DNA of 64,000 nt from Selaginella moellendorffii. Taxonomy: Eukaryota; Plantae; Lycopodiophyta. Position numbers and translations under genes: made by a program. The notes below the pieces were generated by a model. The model saw nothing but the letters and a program-made list of their open reading frames with translations. It did no database searches and was not told the DNA's origin. The stretch covers positions 817,609 to 881,608 of the forward strand of contig NW_003314326.1 in assembly GCF_000143415.4 (NCBI RefSeq), in the 5' to 3' direction. Positions 58,561 through 64,000 of the stretch are shown here, piece after piece (the first letter of the stretch is position 1; each line of letters opens with the position of its first letter).

Positions 58561-58629
58561 GTAAAATGCAAAGGTGTATTTGCTAACAATCCAAAAAATT
58601 CTGATAAATTCAATGGGGTGATGCTTGGG

Positions 58630-59674
58630 GATTTTCGCGTAGATCTTCCCGTATCTGCGAAGTCGAGAAATTATATATTGCAACAATCACCACAGCATTC
58701 CAAATACGAAGCTTACCCCACGGCAGTACCCTCCAGTTTCTCAATGGCCTCCTCGATCCGCTTTGCCACTGCCTCACGCTTCTCTGGCAAAGCAGCTACG
58801 AACTCTTCGACAATGATTTCGATACTCGCCACTTTGCCGGCCTGTAATATTGTGAGCTGCATGCAAGCAACGAAAGTAGAGCGTACCTTCTCTGTAAGAT
58901 GGCCTTTTGTGTCACGGTAAGTACCACATTTTTCGTTCAGGAACTCCACGAGTTCCTCTAGTGAACGCCCATCACAATCCTCTCCATCTTTGTTGGATTT
59001 CAGGAAGAACTTTACTGTGGGATAGCCACTAATATCATATCTGAAAGATAGGCAGAGGTTACAATCAACTATACATAAGACACTGAAAAAGCTTACTTGG
59101 ACGCCAGATCCTTGTGAGCATCTGCATCTAGCTTCGCTATGACCACACCCTTCTCACCTTTGAACGCGGTTGCAACCTCCTCATAAACCTTCCAGAACAA
59201 AATCAATGTTTTAGTATCACTGATAGCATGCATCAGACTGACTTACCGGAGCCATGTGAGCGGTTATCCAAGTGGTTTCCGAGGGGGATTGGCATAGGGA
59301 CTTGTGTTCATCACAATCCACCTGCCGAACTAAACTATGAGCACAGAGGTACTGAAGTTTTCATAAAAAGGTTACCTTGCTTATCACTACGTTCTTCACT
59401 TTCTTGAAAGCCGATCCGACCTTCTCGTACTCAGGAGCTAGCTTCTTACAGTGCCCGCACCTGGAATTTCAGAGACCAGATTAAAATCGCCTCCAGAAGA
59501 CTAGATCCAGCTGCAATGCAATGCTTGGTTACCAGGGAGCGTAGAACTCAACAAGAGCTCCTCGACCCTGCCGTACTACTTGCTCAAAATTGTCAGGTGT
59601 AAGCACAACGACATCAGATTCTGCAGCAAAAGCTCCAAAAACGCCAGCAGCAAAACCGCCAACATTCTCTCCAT
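58630..59674 (-). pseudogene. PDIL2-1-type protein disulfide isomerase (a-a'-ERp29c) pseudogene
   Basis: [10 protein letters not shown]|[56 protein letters not shown]. Signal-peptide frameshift, internal deletion, 3' truncation. Confidence 0.9.
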
Positions 59675-59864
59675 TTTCGCAGATCGTAGGATGAGATCCA
59701 GCCGTCAAGAAGCCCGCATCCGGTTGTCCCCAATCCCAAATGGCATACACTGGTTGGATGTTAGGACGTAACAACTCTGATCCGTGCTAATTGTCAGCCG
59801 TTCGATTGAAAGATAGAAATGTTCAAGGATAAGTACGGATATTCTTGTTTGAACTTGTGGGAAT

Positions 59865-60453
59865 TCAATACAGATCCTTCTTGTTGTGGTTTTTCGCTTG
59901 TGCATTTACGAACTTCCTCAGGCCTCTGCTAGTTGGAGTTCCGGAATAACTAAACAACGCAACCATGGTAACCTCAGAGCTACTTGAAAATCGACCAGCA
60001 GGAACTTACATTTTGGCAGTCATTGATCCTTTCGGGAACCACTCGATTGTTGGGTAGTTGCTGATGTTACAATACCCACACACTAAAGGATGGTATTCGC
60101 AATTCACCTGTGAATCGGAATGAGCCATCACAAAGAACTCGACACTGCGGTTCTTACATGGGCTATCAGCACGGTCTTCTTGACTTTCCTGAATGCCAAA
60201 CCAACCTTCTCATATTCAGGTTCAAGCTTCTTACAAGCTCCACAACTGCGCAACTAAGTCGGAACAAAGCAATCGATCAGGTTGTGACAATTGAATGGGG
60301 GAGCTACCTGTTAATGAAGAACTCGACAAGAGCTCCTCGATCCTGCCCTACCAGTTTTATAAAGTTCTCGGGCGTGAGATTTACGACGTGATCCGCAGCA
60401 AGAGCTGGCATCACTGAAAGCACCAAGAGCAGACCAGCCAGCATTCTTACCAT
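59865..60453 (-). CDS. Single-thioredoxin-domain PDI-like protein, 138 aa, signal peptide, SCGAC active site
   Basis: Exons 60453-60308, 60245-60158, 60107-60010 and 59949-59865 with GT-AG introns give 417 nt in frame: MVRMLAGLLLVLSVMPALAADHVVNLTPENF...VEFFINSCGACKKLEPEYEK...NYPTIEWFPKG...KKDLY*. Confidence 0.8.
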
Positions 60454-60763
60454 CTTGCTCACCCTATCAGTCGCGATTGAGTGAAACTGAAAGAGCCACT
60501 TTTGACATACCATGGCACGCCTTCTGTTTATTGAATCTTAGCCGTCCAATGTGCTTGTACAAAGCTGCTAATGCTGCTATAAAGTAAGTGTTTTGAAATG
60601 TATTTTCTAATGTGGAGAATACAAAGGACTTATCCAGAAATCCATAAATCGTTCCAATGCTGAGAGATGATGTTAGGAGTCTTCCAATGCTAGAGGATCT
60701 CGGTAATGCTGCAATAAATTACACAGTACAATGTAGTATGCTGCAAATCTATGTGACAAGGTG

Positions 60764-61015
60764 TTATCTCAAATCGACTTGAAAATTAATTTTCGGATCC
60801 AGATATACGTGACTGCACTTGTCGCTGGTGCCTTCATGACGCTTAGGACATTGTTGGATAACATTCATTCTGCCAGGATCTGTTAAACGGAAAATTCTGA
60901 AATTCCTGTGGAGCGTCCACGTTCAGACGCGGGAAAAGATACAAACAGGAGACGGAGTATACCTGGAAGGATCTTGAGGTGCCATTACAATTGCAATAGC
61001 TTCTTGCAACATCAC
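60764..61015 (-). pseudogene. AMSH-like (JAMM) deubiquitinase, last two exons, with deletions
   Basis: VMLQEAIAIVMAPQDPSR|NFRIFRLTDPG.MNVIQQCPKR...CSHVYLDPKINFQVDLR*; the GFHPH motif is deleted. Confidence 0.85.
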
Positions 61016-61626
61016 CTGTCGAGGTGGTTTAACAACTTTTAAAGCCAAAATGGACGGCCTAGTTACATCATACTGTTTCCTTGGGACGCATTTGAGACTT
61101 GGAGCCATGCTGCTGTTCATAGTCACTAGCATTATCTCTTACACGCTTAGTTGAGGGTCCGATTCTGCTTTCCGGGGAAGTTGGGTGGCCAGTCGCTGCA
61201 GCCCGCTCAATGTTACCATTAACATCTCGGGCTCTATCTCTATCATTACGCTCAACTTTGAATCGTGGCCAACAAGTCTGCACATAATTGTCCACTGGGG
61301 TTTGGTGCTCTGCTCTGATATCATTTTCGATGAATACTCAGACATATCCAGAAAGCTGCTTGAGCCTGCCCGATGCACTGTATCCAAAATACTACTATGC
61401 AAACGGAGGTCCCTGGCATAGAGCTGCGCCAGCAAACTCCGCGGACAGAGATTTGTGCCAGGATAGTTTTCGACCTCCAGCTATGAGCTACAGGTAAACT
61501 TCGCAGTGAAGGCTGCAGTCCCAAGTGTTGGTGTATCCAGATGTGCTCTTGGTAAAGGCTCAATCAAATACTATGGCCTAATGAGCGTCTCCACAATGCT
61601 TTTACCCTCGCAAGCTTTGATTCCGT

Positions 61627-61945
61627 GTAGAATGTCAGCCTTAACTTCAGCCGCCACTGCAATAGTAGCTTTTTTCATAAGCTCACAATAGGTCATGAAC
61701 AAAAGCTGAGACTTGGTAGCCTTCTTAAAACCATGCTGTTTTCAAAGTTTGAGAAAGGCTAAGAAACAAATTCTAGGCTGCCGAAAATAAAAAAAGCTTT
61801 GATTCTAGGTAGAATGTCAGCCTTAGCTTCAGCCGCCACTGCAATAGCAGTTTTTTTCATAAGCTTACAATAGGCCATGAACAAAAGTTGAAACTTGGTA
61901 GCCTCCTTAAAACTGTGCTGTTTTCAAAGTTTGAGGAAGGTTAAG
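61627..61945. repeat. ~140-bp direct duplication
   Basis: GTAGAATGTCAGCCTT...TTTTCAAAGTTTGAG at ~61627 and ~61809. Confidence 0.85.
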
Positions 61946-63178
61946 AAATGGATTTTAAAAGTCAAAAAATAACTTAACTAAGTTTTGCATAATGTTTCAA
62001 ATCAACTGGCTGAACCACAACACGTGGACAAACCTTATGAAACTTAAAGGCTTGATTCCATTCCACAACTTATTAGTGTCAAACATTTTCACAAAATATT
62101 TAATATTTTTTATGTAAAACATGATTAAAAGGTTGCACAATTTTTTTGGTTTGCTTAAGCAAACTTATAGGGGGACTAGGATGGTATTGAATATACCTAG
62201 AATATACTTGGATATTCTAGGATATTCTACCATCTAACGGTTGTTATTCATTTAGATTAATTTTGTATTTATAATTTATAAACATGTTTATAATTTATAA
62301 ACTTTCTTAAACCTTTTCTAGTATATTCTTTTTAATTCTACCATCTAATGGTTGATATGCAATAAAATTAATCTTGTATATATGAATTACAAACATGCTT
62401 ATAATTATAAACTTTATTTGATCAATTAGATTAATAAGTAATAATAACACTAGTATTAAGCAAACCAAGCGTTGCTACATGCAACACGTAGCAATTTATT
62501 TATCAAACATTCAAAATATGACAGATTGTTACCTCTTATGAAAGGTGCTCCTTGACTAGTTTCTCACCATTAAGTGCCAGCTTTCAGTACAACTCCACTT
62601 TTTCCTTAACTTCCCCTGAAATCCTATGTGATCAACAGATGCAAAAGCTGCCACCAAGTCTGCATCAAAATAGGTGCCATATGCGCCTGGCTTTGCAGCC
62701 TCCATAAACAGTGATCAACTTTGCTAGGCGGGATAAAAGAAAGATATAGGTCCTTCAATTCAGAAACCATGACCATCCAATACCTCTTCACTTCTACATT
62801 AAGCTTAGTGATTCTCATTTATAACCATGCCATTGTACAAATCCTAAGTGCCAAGCTCTTCCACTTCCAGCATTTCCTCATCATCAATATTCAAATCTGC
62901 TGGTGTATCTTCCTCATACCCCTGGTTGGTGAGTGTTTTACAAAGTGACACTGGTAGTCACAATAAGCAACCCACGCGCATACTTTGGGTTTGTCTTTGA
63001 TCCTGGTCCAAAAGCTCTTTAACATACTATCCAGCAATGATTCATAAGTTTTTTTTGGTGCATGACAACTCATTAAATTTCAAACCATACATTACAGTCC
63101 AGAGTACGCATATAGTTATAGTTAATTGTATCCGTCATGAAGACATCCCTGAACTCGATGCTTGTTCTCAACCAGCTC

Positions 63179-64000
63179 TCATATCTTGTAGTAGCGAATG
63201 TCCATATGCTTGCTCCTGGCATGGTAACGATCTTCCTTGGTCAGAGCCAGTGCACTCTGATTATCTAAATAGAGGAGGAGTGGACCATCCCCCTCACACA
63301 GCAGATCCTTGGATAGGTGTTGCAACCAAAGGGCTTCTTTAGCAGCTTCAAATAGTGATGAATTCAGCCTCTGTGGAAGACATTGCCTACGACTAGACCA
63401 ACTAACTGAAGCACCATAGAGCATGAATGCATAGCCAGTAGTGGATTGTCGGGTGTCCAAATCACCACCATAATCTGCATTGCAAAAGCCAAGCACTGTA
63501 GAATTTGCAGAAGCCTTGTACCTTAGAGCAAAGTCATGTGTGCCTTGAAGATAGCACAAGATGCGCTTCATCCAATGCTTGGGGCCAGGATTTTCTAAAA
63601 ACATGAGCTATATCAGGCCTTGTAGCAACGGCCAAATAAACCAGGCTCCCGATAGCTTGCTGATAAGGCACACCACTCATTGCTTCACGATCACTTGTGG
63701 ATGATGGAGAGGAAACAACAAAGAGCTTGGTGCCTAGCTCAATAGGTGTTGGCACATATTTGCAATCAGTCAGATTGAACTGGCTGAGCACTTCTCTCAC
63801 ATAGTGTGCATGTGAAAGTGAAATTGTGCTTACTTGACGATCACAAAATACTTGAATACTGAGGTAGAAGTGAACTTCACCCAAATCAATCATCTCAAAC
63901 TCAGCAAAGAGCTTGGACTTGAGAGTGAGCAGCATAGCTAGAGCATTAGCAGCCATTATGCAATTGTCAACATAAAGTGCGACAATCACAAACAGCTTGG
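63179..64000 (-). mobile_element. Ty1/Copia RT-RNase H remnant
   Basis: ALYVDN, FEMIDLGE, YQQAIGSLVYLAVATRPDIA, GFCNADYGGDLDTRQSTTGY, DNQSA and HARSKHMDIRYY; frameshifts present. Confidence 0.95.

Larger units (their letters stand above)
51780..58622. repeat. Right arm of inverted segmental duplication
   Basis: Reverse complement of ~19865-30665 minus a ~3.4-kb deletion and the microsatellite. Confidence 0.92.

Overview
Eukaryotic plant nuclear DNA. The 50-75 bp GT-AG introns, the PPR gene built largely of short motifs and the Crinkler-like gene suggest a lycophyte such as Selaginella (inference). The window is a rearranged, TE-rich mosaic. Apparently intact genes: a 4-exon ~834-aa coiled-coil + P-loop NTPase + restriction-endonuclease-like (Crinkler/CR-effector-like) gene, a PLS-E PPR gene, an A1 aspartic protease, AP-1 sigma (one intact copy, one damaged), tRNA-Pro(AGG), a 4-exon single-domain PDI-derived thioredoxin with an SCGAC site, and two small proteins of uncertain family. 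Gene fragments or pseudogenes: neprosin (several), XRCC3, UGT, CDKAL1/MtaB, PDIL2-1, AMSH, DsbA-like and At5g39570-like. Mobile DNA: Copia and Gypsy remnants, a hAT (DUF659) remnant, and a complete non-coding LTR element (43413-51253, TSD ATGAC) nested in a Copia integrase. Large-scale structure: (i) a ~11.9-kb composite insertion (about 3049-14933) splits a neprosin exon, carries the same 20-bp palindromic motif near both ends and contains the intact NTPase-REase gene; (ii) an inverted segmental duplication (~19.9-30.7 kb vs ~51.8-58.6 kb) whose arms have lost genes reciprocally; (iii) the first and last 161 bp of the window are identical. All alignments and family calls were made by eye and need computational confirmation.
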